Shown here one piece after another: positions 18,530 to 28,583 of a DNA stretch of 57,340 nt. The DNA is from Stellaceae bacterium (lineage in GTDB: Bacteria; Pseudomonadota; Alphaproteobacteria; ATCC43930; CGMCC-115725): NCBI GenBank assembly GCA_049801295.1, contig JBARKH010000644.1:1-57340 (forward strand), given 5' to 3'. The notes beneath the pieces were generated by a model. That model was not told the origin of the DNA. It did no database searches and worked only from the letters and a program-made list of their open reading frames with translations. Position 1 is the stretch's first letter. Each line of letters opens with the position of its first letter. The position numbers and the translations under genes were made by a program.

Positions 18530-19030
18530 ATGGCAAGAGGATCGAAGGTATTCAGGCCAGCCGATGTGTCGGAGAGCAACGCATCCAGCTATCCCGAGCC
18601 GTTCCGGGAGGGACAGCGAAAGCGCTATACCCGGCGCCTCGGCGATCATGCAGGGCTCAAGAATTACGGCGTCAATCTTGTTCGGGTTTTGCCCGATGGT
18701 CAGTCGTCTCAGTCGTCGGCGCGACACACGCATTCCAAGCAGGACGAGTTCGTTTACGTGCTTGAAGGCGAGTTCGTGCTTGTGACCGACGCGGGTCGCG
18801 AAACCGTTGGGCCGGGCACCTGCATCGGCTTTCCAGCTGGAACGGGCGACGGCCATCATTTCCTGAATCTCACGCAGAAGGATGCCATCTTCCTCGTGAT
18901 CGGCGACCGGACGGAAGGCGATGAGGTGATGTATCCGGACATCGATCTAGAGTTGAAAGCGGGGCCCGATGGCTTGAGAGGCTTCCACCGGAAAGACGGC
19001 ACGCCGTATCCGCGCGCAGCCCGGGATTGA
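18530..19030 (+). CDS. cupin-domain protein
   Basis: ATG at 18530 within track ORF 18119..19030. H-x-H...E...H-type cupin motifs (SARHTHSKQDEFVYVLEGEF...PAGTGDGHHF). Confidence 0.8.
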   Translation: MARGSKVFRPADVSESNASSYPEPFREGQRKRYTRRLGDHAGLKNYGVNLVRVLPDGQSSQSSARHTHSKQDEFVYVLEGEFVLVTDAGRETVGPGTCIGFPAGTGDGHHFLNLTQKDAIFLVIGDRTEGDEVMYPDIDLELKAGPDGLRGFHRKDGTPYPRAARD

Positions 19031-19233
19031 AGCTTTCCTAGCGGCTCGGGCAAAAAGTTCAAGAAGTGTTGCGGCCGCGGTTCATGACCGTCTTTAGCCC
19101 GCGGTCTTCGGCGGATGGTTACGACCTTCGGGCACGTCTCCATCCGTTATGGCATCGCGGTCGTCCTGGCGAAGGCCGGCATCCATCTGACGCGCGTCAG
19201 TAGGATTTCGCCAGGTAGTCTCGGTGGGACACT

Positions 19234-19704
19234 TCAGCTGCCGGGTGGCGATCCGGGGGCTTGGGGAGCGAGGATCTCGTATAGCTCAGCACCGGTCGTG
19301 GCAGCGCGCAGCTGTGCGGCCGCGTCGCGGTCCCGCAGCCGGCGCGACACGCAGGCGAGCGCGGCCAGATGATCGTTGCCCGCCAGGTCCGGAATCAGCA
19401 GCAGGAACACCAGATCGACCGGCCGCTCATCGATCGCGGTAAACTCGATCGGTCGCTCCAACCGGGCAAATAGCCCGAAGAAGTCGTGCAGGCCGCCAAC
19501 GCGGGCATGCGGTACGGCGATCCCTTGCCCAACGCCCGTCGAGCCGAGCGCTTCCCGAGCCTCCAGCGCATCGAGGATCGATTGCGGATCGATCGCCAAG
19601 AGCTTTGCAGCACGCTGCGACAGATCGCGCAGGAGCTGCGCCTTGTCGCCGACGCGCAGGGCGGCGATTACACGCTCGGGGGCGATAAGATCGGTGATGT
19701 TCAC
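19234..19704 (-). CDS. ptsN: PTS EIIA-Ntr (PtsN)-like nitrogen regulatory protein, kdp-linked paralogue
   Basis: Track ORF 19234..19776. I favour GTG at 19704 (AGGAAA upstream), giving (M)NITDLIAPERVI..., a typical PtsN N-terminus. The phospho-His motif GQGIAVPHARV is present. An ATG at 19776 would overlap kdpE. Confidence 0.8.
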   Translation of the reverse strand: MNITDLIAPERVIAALRVGDKAQLLRDLSQRAAKLLAIDPQSILDALEAREALGSTGVGQGIAVPHARVGGLHDFFGLFARLERPIEFTAIDERPVDLVFLLLIPDLAGNDHLAALACVSRRLRDRDAAAQLRAATTGAELYEILAPQAPGSPPGS

Positions 19705-19744
19705 CAGCGTCGCGCTTTCCTGGGGATGAGTATCGGCGGCGCGA

Positions 19745-20443
19745 TCAATCCGAAGCCCGCATCCGGTAGCCGACACCCTGCTCGGTCAGAATGTATCGAG
19801 GCTGTTCCGGGTTCGCTTCGATCTTGTGACGCAGCGCGCGGATGTAGATGCGCAGATACTGGATCTGCCCCTCGCCGCCCCAGACCTCGCGCAGGATGAA
19901 CCGATGGGTCAGCACCTTGCCCGCATGCGCGACAAAGAGGCGCAAGAGATCGTATTCCCGCGGCGACAGCTTCACCTCGACGCCCCGCTCGGTGACGATG
20001 CGGCGCACGAGATCGACCGTGAGCTCGCCGCAGCGGAACACCGGCCGCTCTCCCTCCTGTTGCAGCCGATGGCGTACCGCAGCGCGGATGCGCGCGAGCA
20101 GTTCATCGATGCCGAAAGGCTTGGTGACATAGTCGTCGGCACCCAGGTCGAGCGCCTTCACCTTGCCGGTTTCGTCGGTCCGGCTCGACAGCACGACGAT
20201 CGGTACGGTGGAACCTTGACCGCGCACGCGCTCGATAATGTCGAACCCGTTGATGTCCGGGAGGCCAAGATCGAGGACGAGGATGTCGATGGGACCGCGG
20301 CGCAGACCCTCCAGCGCGGCTGTCCCGTTCTCCGCCTCGGCGACATGATAGCCCTGCGCGGTGAGGCTGGTTCGCAGGAACCGGCGTATGGCGGGTTCGT
20401 CGTCGACAACCAGCACCTTGAGCGGAGCGGCCTTTGCCATCAT
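19745..20443 (-). CDS. kdpE: two-component response regulator KdpE (OmpR family)
   Basis: Receiver domain (VLVVDDE...DLGLPD...) plus winged-helix output (LTVDLVRR...LSPREYDLLRLF...YLRIYIRALRHKIE). The start overlaps the kdpD stop by 4 nt. Confidence 0.92.
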   Translation of the reverse strand: MMAKAAPLKVLVVDDEPAIRRFLRTSLTAQGYHVAEAENGTAALEGLRRGPIDILVLDLGLPDINGFDIIERVRGQGSTVPIVVLSSRTDETGKVKALDLGADDYVTKPFGIDELLARIRAAVRHRLQQEGERPVFRCGELTVDLVRRIVTERGVEVKLSPREYDLLRLFVAHAGKVLTHRFILREVWGGEGQIQYLRIYIRALRHKIEANPEQPRYILTEQGVGYRMRASD

Positions 20444-23163
20444 GCGGCAATGTCCTGCGATGCTTCCTGCCCGGCCGGAACCGGAAAGCTGATCGTGAAG
20501 ACGGCGCCGCGCCGATCCTCGCGGTTGCCGGCGACGATCGTCCCGCCCATCGCCTCGACAAACCCCCTGCAGATGGCGAGGCCAAGGCCGGTCCCGGTCC
20601 CGGCCCGCCGGCTGTCTACAGCCTGCACGCGGTAGAACTTGTCGAAGATCCGTTCCAGATCGCCGGGGGGAATGCCCTGACCCTCGTCCATTACCTGGAG
20701 AAGCACGGTATCGCCCTCGCGCCGTGCCGAGAGCCGGACCTTCGTGTCAGCGGGGGTATATTTCGCGGCGTTGTCCAATACGTTGAACAGCACCTGCTCG
20801 AAGAGGACTGGGTCAAGCTTCAGCATCGGCAGGTCGGCGCTGAGATCGGCCGCCACGCGGTGCTTGGCCAACACCTTGCTGGCCCGCTCCAGCGCGCTGC
20901 CGACAATGTCGCCGACATCGATCAGGTCGGCACGCGGCTGCACTGCACCCGCCTCAATGCGTGTCATGTCGAGTAGGTTCGCGATGAAGCGGTTGAGTCG
21001 CTCCGATTCCTCCTGGATCGTGCCGATCAGCTCGTCCTGCGCCGCCTCGTCGAGGGTGTGACGATAGTTCTTGAGGCTTGTCGCGGAGCCCAGGATGGAA
21101 GCGAGCGGCGTCCGCAGGTCATGCGAGAGGGATGTCAGCAGCGCCGAGCGCAGCCGCTCCGTCTCCGCCGCGAGCCGCGCCTGGTCGACATCCTTGGCCA
21201 GGGATATCCGCTCGATGGCAAGTGCGGCCTGGTCGGCGAGCGCGTCGAGCAGACGGCGCTGGTCGGGTGTGAGCAGCGGGCCCTGGCGGTCATTGTCAAG
21301 CCCGATCACCCCAACCGGCCCACGCCCGGTACGCATCGGCAGAAACAACCGCTTCGCGCCGGGTAGGGTGTCCGCGCCGCGGCCCGCCGCGCGATTGCTC
21401 TGCCAGGCCCATTTGGCCGCCGCGAGATCGGCCTCGTCCAGCGTGTCCTCGGGCGGATAGCCGGCCCGCACCACGATACTCTCGCCCTCCGGCAGCAGCA
21501 GGACCACACGCACCTTCAGCATGAGGGCGATCTGGTAGGCGGTTGCCCACAGAAGATCCTCGAGATCGACAGCGACGGCAAGCTTGCGGCTGAACAGGTA
21601 GAGGTCCTCGGTCGTCGTCGCGCGCTGGCGGGCGGCGAATGCCTGGCTACGGACGCGCGCGGTCAGATTGCTCGCAATCACCGCGACCACGGCGAACGCG
21701 ACCAGCGCGACGACATTCTCCGGGTCGGCGATCGTGAAGGTGTAGAGCGGCGGCAGGAAGAAGAAGTTGTAGGCGAGCACACTCGCCAGGCAGGCCAACA
21801 GCGATGGCCATAATCCGTAGGTGACCGCGCTCGCCAGCACTGCCGTCAGGAAGACGAGAGCGATATTGGATATGCCGAGGAACTGCTGCAGTCCGAGCCC
21901 GAGCGCGAGCGCCGCGGCGACCATGCCGAGGCTGCCTGCATAAGGCACGACGTCAATCGTCTCTTGGCTGGGCGCGGTTGCCACGCCGCTGCCTGGCTCG
22001 CGCACCGGCTCTTCAACCTCGCGCTGCTCGGCGATTACGTGGACGCTGATATCCCCGGCGCGCTTGATCAGCTGGTACGTTACCGACCCGCGGAACGGCG
22101 CCGACCAGCGCCAGCCATGTGGCCTAGCGACGACCACATGGGTAAAATTATTTGCCCGGGCGTAATCAACGACAGAAGTCGCCACATCGGTTCCAGGGAC
22201 GGTCACTGCTTCGCCGCCGAGCCTTTGCGCGAGGCGCAGACATTCCGCGATCCGGTCCCTTGCGGCCTCCGCGAGACGCTGCGACGCCGAGGTCTCGACG
22301 TAGATGGCCGACCACGGCGCGCGCAGGCGGTCAGCAAGGCGCCGGGCGTAGCGCACGACCGATGCGCTATTCTGGTCGTCGCTGACGCAGACCAGCACGC
22401 GCTCGCCTGCTGCCCAGGGACCTGAGATGGCGTGCGCGCGCATATAGCTGAGCATCTGCTGATCGACGCGCTGCGCGGTGCGGCGTAGCGCCAGTTCGCG
22501 CAGCGCGGTCAGGTTGCCCGGCCGAAAATAGTGGCGGACGGCGCGCTCCGCCTGTTTCGGCACATAGACCTTGCCTTCATTGAGCCGCTGGATGAGGTCC
22601 TCGGGCGTCAGGTCGACAACCTCAACTTCGTCGGCCCGATCGATCACCGAATCGGGAACGGTTTCGCGCACTCGAATGCGGGTGATCCGGGCGACGATGT
22701 CGTTCAGGCTTTCGACGTGCTGGATATTCAGGGTTGTGTACACGTCGATGCCGGCGTCGAGCAGTTCCTCGACGTCCATGTAGCGCTTGGGATGCCGGCT
22801 GCCGGGCGCGTTCGTATGGGCGAACTCATCGACCAGCACCAGCGCCGGCCGGCGCTTCAGGATAGCGTCAAGATCCATCTCCTCGAGCCAGCGCCCCTTG
22901 TACTCGACCCGCCGGCGTGGGATGACCTCGATACCTTCGAGGAGCCCCTCGGTCTCTCTGCGGCCGTGCGTCTCGACGATGCCGACGACGACGTCGGTCC
23001 CGTCGCGCCGTTTGGCCTGGGCCGTCATCAACATCTCGAAGCTCTTGCCGACCCCAGGCGCGGCTCCGAGAAAAATCTTGAGGCGGCCGCGACCCTCCTG
23101 TGCCGCTTGCTGAAGCAGCGCATCGGGTGAGGGGCGATTGTCCCGGGTTACTCCGCTATCCAT
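20440..23163 (-). CDS. kdpD: sensor histidine kinase KdpD
   Basis: 907 aa. Has the N-terminal KdpD domain with Walker A (LGAAPGVGKSFEM), a USP-like domain, four TM segments, the H-box SLSHDLRTPL, and N/G boxes. Confidence 0.95.
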   Translation of the reverse strand: MDSGVTRDNRPSPDALLQQAAQEGRGRLKIFLGAAPGVGKSFEMLMTAQAKRRDGTDVVVGIVETHGRRETEGLLEGIEVIPRRRVEYKGRWLEEMDLDAILKRRPALVLVDEFAHTNAPGSRHPKRYMDVEELLDAGIDVYTTLNIQHVESLNDIVARITRIRVRETVPDSVIDRADEVEVVDLTPEDLIQRLNEGKVYVPKQAERAVRHYFRPGNLTALRELALRRTAQRVDQQMLSYMRAHAISGPWAAGERVLVCVSDDQNSASVVRYARRLADRLRAPWSAIYVETSASQRLAEAARDRIAECLRLAQRLGGEAVTVPGTDVATSVVDYARANNFTHVVVARPHGWRWSAPFRGSVTYQLIKRAGDISVHVIAEQREVEEPVREPGSGVATAPSQETIDVVPYAGSLGMVAAALALGLGLQQFLGISNIALVFLTAVLASAVTYGLWPSLLACLASVLAYNFFFLPPLYTFTIADPENVVALVAFAVVAVIASNLTARVRSQAFAARQRATTTEDLYLFSRKLAVAVDLEDLLWATAYQIALMLKVRVVLLLPEGESIVVRAGYPPEDTLDEADLAAAKWAWQSNRAAGRGADTLPGAKRLFLPMRTGRGPVGVIGLDNDRQGPLLTPDQRRLLDALADQAALAIERISLAKDVDQARLAAETERLRSALLTSLSHDLRTPLASILGSATSLKNYRHTLDEAAQDELIGTIQEESERLNRFIANLLDMTRIEAGAVQPRADLIDVGDIVGSALERASKVLAKHRVAADLSADLPMLKLDPVLFEQVLFNVLDNAAKYTPADTKVRLSARREGDTVLLQVMDEGQGIPPGDLERIFDKFYRVQAVDSRRAGTGTGLGLAICRGFVEAMGGTIVAGNREDRRGAVFTISFPVPAGQEASQDIAA

Positions 23164-23319
23164 CGTGAAAAGGCCTCGCGCCTTCGCGTCTCGCTCGCCA
23201 GAGTACTCGGATGGTCGAAGATTGTCGCCAGTGCGTCACGGCCCACAGCGGGCGGTTAAGGCCGGAGATGCCGCGCTCCCCAACGCAAACCACCCGTCGT
23301 CCCGCGGTTGAGACCTCGC

Positions 23320-23925
23320 CTACTTGCTCGCGCTCGCGTCGAGCGCCAGGTTGAGCTTCAGCACATTGACGCGCGGCTCCCCGATGATACCGAGGAAGCG
23401 CTCTTGGGTGTTGGCGGCAACAAGTCGCCGCAGCTGATCTTCCGACACAGAACGGGCCTTGGCGATGCGCGGTACCTGGAACAGCGCGCCCGCCGGCGTG
23501 ATGTCGGGATCGAGGCCGCTCGCCGAGGTCGTCACCAGATCGACCGGCACCGGCATCGAGGGGTTCTCGGCGTGCAGTTTGCCGGCATCTTCGGTGACGC
23601 GGTCGATCAGCGCTTTCGAAGTCGGCCCCGCGTTGGAGCCGCTCGAATTGTCGGCGGCGTAAGGCACGGGAACCGTTTTTGTCGAATCCTTCGGATCGGG
23701 CTCGGTCGTGGCGGACGGCCGGCCATGGAAGTACTTGGCATCGGTAAAGCTCTGGCCGATCAGCTCGGATCCGATGACCTTGCGATTCTTCTCGATCAGG
23801 CTGCCGTTGGCCTGATGCGGAAAGACCAGTTGCGCGATGCCGGTCATGCCGAGCGGGTAGATCAAGCCGGTAATAACCGTCATTGCGACGATCATGACGA
23901 TCGCGGGGCGAATTTCTTTCAACAT
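23320..23925 (-). CDS. kdpC: K+-transporting ATPase subunit C
   Basis: Trimmed to [29 protein letters not shown]... Conserved SGLDPDITP motif. Confidence 0.9.
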   Translation of the reverse strand: MLKEIRPAIVMIVAMTVITGLIYPLGMTGIAQLVFPHQANGSLIEKNRKVIGSELIGQSFTDAKYFHGRPSATTEPDPKDSTKTVPVPYAADNSSGSNAGPTSKALIDRVTEDAGKLHAENPSMPVPVDLVTTSASGLDPDITPAGALFQVPRIAKARSVSEDQLRRLVAANTQERFLGIIGEPRVNVLKLNLALDASASK

Positions 23926-23944
23926 CGGTGGATGTCCTTGAGGC

Positions 23945-26059
23945 TTAGGCCAGGCCGACGGCGGTGACGGCGAGATCAATCAGCTTGATGCCGATGAACG
24001 GCACAATGATCCCGCCGATGCCGTAGACCAGGAGGTTGCGGCGCAGAATGCTGGCGGCTCCGACCGGGCGGTAGGTGACGCCGCGCAGCGCCAGTGGGAT
24101 GAGGGCGATGATGATCAGCGCATTGAAGATGATCGCCGAGAGGATCGCACTGTGCGGCGTCGCCAGATGCATGACGTTGAGCGCCTGCAGCTGCGGGTAG
24201 AAGACAACGAACATTGCCGGGATGATGGCGAAGTACTTCGCCACGTCGTTGGCGATCGAGAAGGTGGTCAGCGCGCCGCGGGTCATCAGGAGCTGCTTGC
24301 CGATCTCGACGATCTCGATCAGCTTCGTCGGGTCGCTGTCGAGGTCGACCATGTTGCCGGCTTCGCGCGCCGCCATGGTTCCCGTGTTCATTGCCACGCC
24401 GACATCGGCTTGCGCCAGCGCGGGGGCGTCGTTAGTGCCATCGCCGCACATGGCGACGAGCTTGCCCTGCGCCTGCTCGTCGCGGATCAGCTGCAGCTTG
24501 TGCTCGGGCGTTGCCTGAGCCAGGAAGTCGTCGACCCCCGACTCGGCGGCGATCGCCGCGGCGGTCATCGGGTTGTCACCGGTGATCATGACAGTGCGGA
24601 TGCCCATCTTGCGCAGCGCGGCGAAACGCTCGCGGATGCCGCCCTTGACGATGTCCTTCAGATGTATGACGCCCAACAGGCGGCCATCCTTGGCGACGGC
24701 GAGCGGGGTCGCGCCCGACTTGGCGACGCCCTCGGCGATCGTTTCAAGCTCCCGCGCGGCGGGATTGTGAACCACAGCGACCGCGACGTTGCCGCGCGTC
24801 ACCGGAGCGGCACCAGGCCCAGCGTTGACGTAGGACAGCACCGCATCGACGGCACCCTTGCGAATAGAGGAGCCTTCGAGGTCGATGCCGCTGATCCGCG
24901 TCTGCGCCGAGAACGGGATGAATTGGGCGTTGAGCGGAGCCATCTCGCGGCCGCGGATGCCGTATTTTTCCTTGGCGAGGACGACGATCGAGCGGCCTTC
25001 AGGCGTCTCGTCGGAAAGCGAGGCGAGCTGCGCCGCATCGGCGAGCTCGCGCTCATCGACACCCGACAGCGGCAGAAATTCCGTCGCCTGGCGGTTGCCG
25101 AGGGTGATCGTACCGGTCTTGTCGAGAAGAAGGGTGTCGACATCGCCCGCCGCCTCGACGGCGCGCCCGGACATCGCCAGCACGTTGAAGCGCACGAGAC
25201 GGTCCATGCCGGCGATGCCGATCGCCGACAGCAAGGCGCCGATCGTCGTCGGGATCAACGTCACGAAAAGCGCGACCAGCACCAGGACGCTGAGGCTGCC
25301 GCCGGCGTAAGAGGCAAAGCTAGGGATCGTCGCAACGGCAAAGACGAAGATGATCGTCATGCCGGCCAAGAGGATGTTGAGCGCGATCTCGTTCGGAGTC
25401 TTCTGCCGTTCGGCGCCTTCAACGAGCGCGATCATGCGGTCGAGGAAGGTCGAGCCTTGGGCCGCGGTGATGCGGACCTTGATCCAGTCGGAAATGACCT
25501 CCGTGCCGCCGGTCACGGCCGAGCGGTCGCCGCCGCTTTCGCGGATGACGGGCGCGGATTCGCCGGTGATCGCCGCCTCGTTGACCGAGGCGACGCCCTC
25601 GATCACATCGCCATCGGACGGGATCGAGTCGCCGGCTTCGACCAGGACGACATCGCCCGGCTTCAGCGAGGTCCCCGGAACCTGGCGCGACTGCCCGTCC
25701 TGCCCGGACAAAAGCTTGGCCATCGTCTCCGTCTTGGATTTGCGCAACGTCGCCGCCTGCGCCTTGCCGCGGCCTTCCGCCACCGCCTCGGCCAGATTGG
25801 CAAAGACCACGGTGAACCAGAGCCAAAGGTTGATCTGGAACGAAAAACCGTAGCCGCCGGCGCCGGTGACGAGATCGCGCAGAAACAGGATCGTCGTCAG
25901 CGTCGCGACCAGTTCGACCGCGAACATGACCGGGTTGCGCACCATCAGACGCGGATCGAGCTTGCGGAAAGCCTGACCGATTGCCGGCCCGAGGATCTTC
26001 GGGTCGGTCAGCGTCGCGACCGGCATCCGCTTGCGGGTTTGTGAGAATTCCATCGTCAT
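23945..26059 (-). CDS. kdpB: K+-transporting P-type ATPase subunit B
   Basis: DKTGTIT phosphorylation motif, [15 protein letters not shown]; 704 aa. Confidence 0.95.
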   Translation of the reverse strand: MTMEFSQTRKRMPVATLTDPKILGPAIGQAFRKLDPRLMVRNPVMFAVELVATLTTILFLRDLVTGAGGYGFSFQINLWLWFTVVFANLAEAVAEGRGKAQAATLRKSKTETMAKLLSGQDGQSRQVPGTSLKPGDVVLVEAGDSIPSDGDVIEGVASVNEAAITGESAPVIRESGGDRSAVTGGTEVISDWIKVRITAAQGSTFLDRMIALVEGAERQKTPNEIALNILLAGMTIIFVFAVATIPSFASYAGGSLSVLVLVALFVTLIPTTIGALLSAIGIAGMDRLVRFNVLAMSGRAVEAAGDVDTLLLDKTGTITLGNRQATEFLPLSGVDERELADAAQLASLSDETPEGRSIVVLAKEKYGIRGREMAPLNAQFIPFSAQTRISGIDLEGSSIRKGAVDAVLSYVNAGPGAAPVTRGNVAVAVVHNPAARELETIAEGVAKSGATPLAVAKDGRLLGVIHLKDIVKGGIRERFAALRKMGIRTVMITGDNPMTAAAIAAESGVDDFLAQATPEHKLQLIRDEQAQGKLVAMCGDGTNDAPALAQADVGVAMNTGTMAAREAGNMVDLDSDPTKLIEIVEIGKQLLMTRGALTTFSIANDVAKYFAIIPAMFVVFYPQLQALNVMHLATPHSAILSAIIFNALIIIALIPLALRGVTYRPVGAASILRRNLLVYGIGGIIVPFIGIKLIDLAVTAVGLA

Positions 26060-26089
26060 CGGAGTGCCCCTCGAGGCTTGATTGCTTGT

Positions 26090-27817
26090 CTAGTAAAGGG
26101 TGCCGGCATGCATCGCGAGATGCTCGACCAAGGGGCCGAGCGCGACCGCCGGGAAGTAGGTCAGGCCGCCGACGATCAGGATGACGCCGACGAGCAGGCC
26201 GACAAACAGCCCGCCATGCGTCGGGAACGTGCCGGCCGAGGCCGGGACGATCTTCTTCGCAGCGAGCGCACCGGCTATGGCCAGCATCGGCACGATCATC
26301 AGGAAGCGGCCGATGAACATCGCCAGGCCCAAGGTCGTGTTGTAGAATGGCGTGTTTGCCGAGATGCCGGCGAAGGCGCTGCCGTTGTTCCCTGTCGCCG
26401 AATCGAAGGCGTAGAGGATCTCGCTGAAGCCGTGCGGGCCCTGGTTCGCGGGGCCGGCGAGGCCGTCAGGTAGCACCGTCGCGAGCGCGGTGAAGCCGAG
26501 GATCGACAGGGGCAGGATCAGTATGGCGAGCATCGCCATCTTGACTTCCTTCGCCTCGATCTTCTTGCCGAGATATTCCGGCGTGCGCCCGACCATCAGC
26601 CCGGCGACGAACACCGCGACGATGGCGAACAGCAGCATGCCGTACATCCCCGAGCCGACGCCGCCGAAGATGATCTCGCCCAGCATGATGTTGACCATCG
26701 GCACCGCTCCGGCGAGCGGCATCAGGCTGTCATGCATGTTGTTGACAGCACCGCACGAGGCATCGGTCGTTACGGTCGTAAAGAGGGCCGAGTTGGCGAT
26801 GCCGAAACGAACCTCCTTGCCTTCCATGTTGCCGCCGGCTTGCAATGCGCTTGGCGCCTGGTCGACGTGCAGCGCGGCGAAGGCGGGATTGCCCGGCGCC
26901 TCGGCCCAGTAGGCGATGACGACGCCCGCCAGGAACAGCACGCCCATGACGGCGAAGATGGCCCAGCCCTGGCGCTGATCGCCGACCATCCGGCCGAATA
27001 CATTGGTCAGCCCCGCGCCGATCGAAAAAATCAGCACGATCTGCACGAGATTGGTGATCGCGGTCGGGTTCTCGAAGGGGTGGGCGGAATTGGCGTTAAA
27101 GAAGCCGCCGCCGTTGGTCCCCATCATCTTGATGACTTCCTGCGAGGCTACGGGCCCCTGGGCGATGACCTGCTTCGCGCCTTCGAGTGTCGTCACCTCG
27201 GTGTAGGCGCCGAGGTTCTGCGGCATGCCTTGCCAGACGAAGAACAGCCCGACGACGATCGAGATCGGCAACAGGATGTAGAGCGTGCAGCGGGTCAGAT
27301 CGACCCAGAAATTGCCGATGCCCTGCACCGAGCGACGCGCAAAGCCGCGGATCAGCGCGACCGCGAGCGCGATGCCAGTCGCGGCGGAGACAAAATTGTG
27401 CACCGTCAGACCGGCCATCTGCGTGAGATAGCTCATCGTCGTCTCGGGCACGTAGGACTGCCAGTTCGTATTGGTGATGAAACTGACCGAGGTGTTGAAC
27501 GCGAGGCTCTGCTCGACCTCCGACTGCCCCGCCGGATTGAAGGGCAGGACCGCCTGCAGACGTTGCAGCGCGTAGAGCGTGACGAAGCCGGCCATGGTGA
27601 AGAACAGCATCGCGACGGCATAGGTCACCCAATGCTGTTCCTGCTTCTCGTCGACGCCGCACAGCCAGTATATGCCGCGCTCGATCGGTACCAGAACGGG
27701 CGACAGAACATTTCGCTCTCCGGCGAAGACACGGGTCATATAGCCGCCGAAGGGCTTGACCAGTAGCGTGACGATCGCGGCATAGATCGCGATCTGGATC
27801 CAACCATTGGGTGTCAT
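26090..27817 (-). CDS. kdpA: K+-transporting ATPase subunit A (canonical copy)
   Basis: 575 aa. The four P-loop motifs are canonical: [47 protein letters not shown]. Confidence 0.95.
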   Translation of the reverse strand: MTPNGWIQIAIYAAIVTLLVKPFGGYMTRVFAGERNVLSPVLVPIERGIYWLCGVDEKQEQHWVTYAVAMLFFTMAGFVTLYALQRLQAVLPFNPAGQSEVEQSLAFNTSVSFITNTNWQSYVPETTMSYLTQMAGLTVHNFVSAATGIALAVALIRGFARRSVQGIGNFWVDLTRCTLYILLPISIVVGLFFVWQGMPQNLGAYTEVTTLEGAKQVIAQGPVASQEVIKMMGTNGGGFFNANSAHPFENPTAITNLVQIVLIFSIGAGLTNVFGRMVGDQRQGWAIFAVMGVLFLAGVVIAYWAEAPGNPAFAALHVDQAPSALQAGGNMEGKEVRFGIANSALFTTVTTDASCGAVNNMHDSLMPLAGAVPMVNIMLGEIIFGGVGSGMYGMLLFAIVAVFVAGLMVGRTPEYLGKKIEAKEVKMAMLAILILPLSILGFTALATVLPDGLAGPANQGPHGFSEILYAFDSATGNNGSAFAGISANTPFYNTTLGLAMFIGRFLMIVPMLAIAGALAAKKIVPASAGTFPTHGGLFVGLLVGVILIVGGLTYFPAVALGPLVEHLAMHAGTLY

Positions 27818-27845
27818 GTCAAGGCGCTCCTCAGAACCGCCCGGG

Positions 27846-27935
27846 TTAAAATTTTTCCGGGCGGATCAGTGCATAGACGAGATAAACCAAGAGGCCGAGC
27901 GTGACGGCCGCGCCCAATCCGTAGTCGATGATCAT
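27846..27935 (-). CDS. kdpF: K+-transporting ATPase subunit F (29 aa)
   Basis: Too short for the ORF track. My translation is [29 protein letters not shown], preceded by GAGGAGG. The YLxYALxRPEKF tail is the KdpF signature. It ends 28 nt before the kdpA ATG. Confidence 0.8.
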   Translation of the reverse strand: MIIDYGLGAAVTLGLLVYLVYALIRPEKF

Positions 27936-27945
27936 CGCAGCCTCC

Positions 27946-28029
27946 TCAGATGCGGTCGCAAGCCACGACATAGAGCACGGCAACAGCCAAGAAGCCGAAG
28001 CCGACGGCTAGATAGATCGCGTCGAGCAT
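27946..28029 (-). CDS. second KdpF-like hydrophobic micro-ORF (27 aa)
   Basis: MLDAIYLAVGFGFLAVAVLYVVACDRI, preceded by GGAGA 5 nt before the ATG. Its TGA abuts the kdpF Shine-Dalgarno (..atcTGAGGAGGctgcgATG..). Confidence 0.45.
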   Translation of the reverse strand: MLDAIYLAVGFGFLAVAVLYVVACDRI

Positions 28030-28299
28030 CACCAATCTCCATTCGTCAGCGCTTATGCCGGATGGCACGAGCGCGTTCCCGCTCAAGAACCGGGAGTTGG
28101 GCATGGGTCCCGATGCAGGGGCGCGCCGGATCTCCGCACGCGCCTGTGCCCCGCCTCGCCGCCAAGATCGCGAGATCCACATAAAAGTTCGAGACCGATC
28201 TGCAGCCCCGGCTCATTAAGATCCGATGCAGACCGGTACCGTGGCGCCCAGGCTCCATCAGCCGGCGCTCCGCACACAAGTCACCGCCGAAGTCTACGC

Positions 28300-28430
28300 A
28301 CGCCGCGGCGAGAAATTCCCCGACTTCCCGGTCAATACTCGCTGTTTTAGTATAAAAATACGATATCGAATTTTGACCGGTCATATATATAAACCATAAA
28401 AATTTTGACACGAGATTGTATAAAAGCGAA
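28300..28430 (-). promoter_or_regulatory. AT-rich putative kdp promoter/KdpE-binding region
   Basis: The only strongly AT-rich block upstream of the operon. It contains direct repeats on the plus strand: aattttgac at 28369 and 28401, and gtataaaa at 28350 and 28418. Confidence 0.4.
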
Positions 28431-28583
28431 GGCACCCTGGCCTCTCCCGTGGTTGATTTCAGGCTTGATGGCGATTGCTACGAGCACCTACGGGCGGGAA
28501 TTAAGCGGACACGCGGAGGGGCAGCCTTGATCTATATCAACCGGGGGTGTCGCAGGCGAGGGGCGGACCGATCAGACCGATGG

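Noticed and set aside
24152-26044. A 630-aa plus-strand ORF antisense to kdpB. Similar long antisense ORFs occur at 53054..54748 opposite rpoD, 56242..57198 opposite dnaG, 45859..47064 and 44755..45837 opposite the repeat protein, 12326..13282 and 13180..14217 opposite EPS genes, and 41692..42369 and 42874..43761 opposite the antiporter.
   Set aside because: Their composition is Arg/Gly/Asp/His-rich and low in complexity, with no motifs. They lie exactly opposite genes with unambiguous family signatures, which is the typical stop-codon-poor antisense frame seen in high-GC DNA.
28046-28435. A 129-aa minus-strand ORF spanning the kdp leader and promoter.
   Set aside because: It starts inside the AT-rich promoter block, has an odd composition and no RBS. 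It would run into the micro-ORF region.
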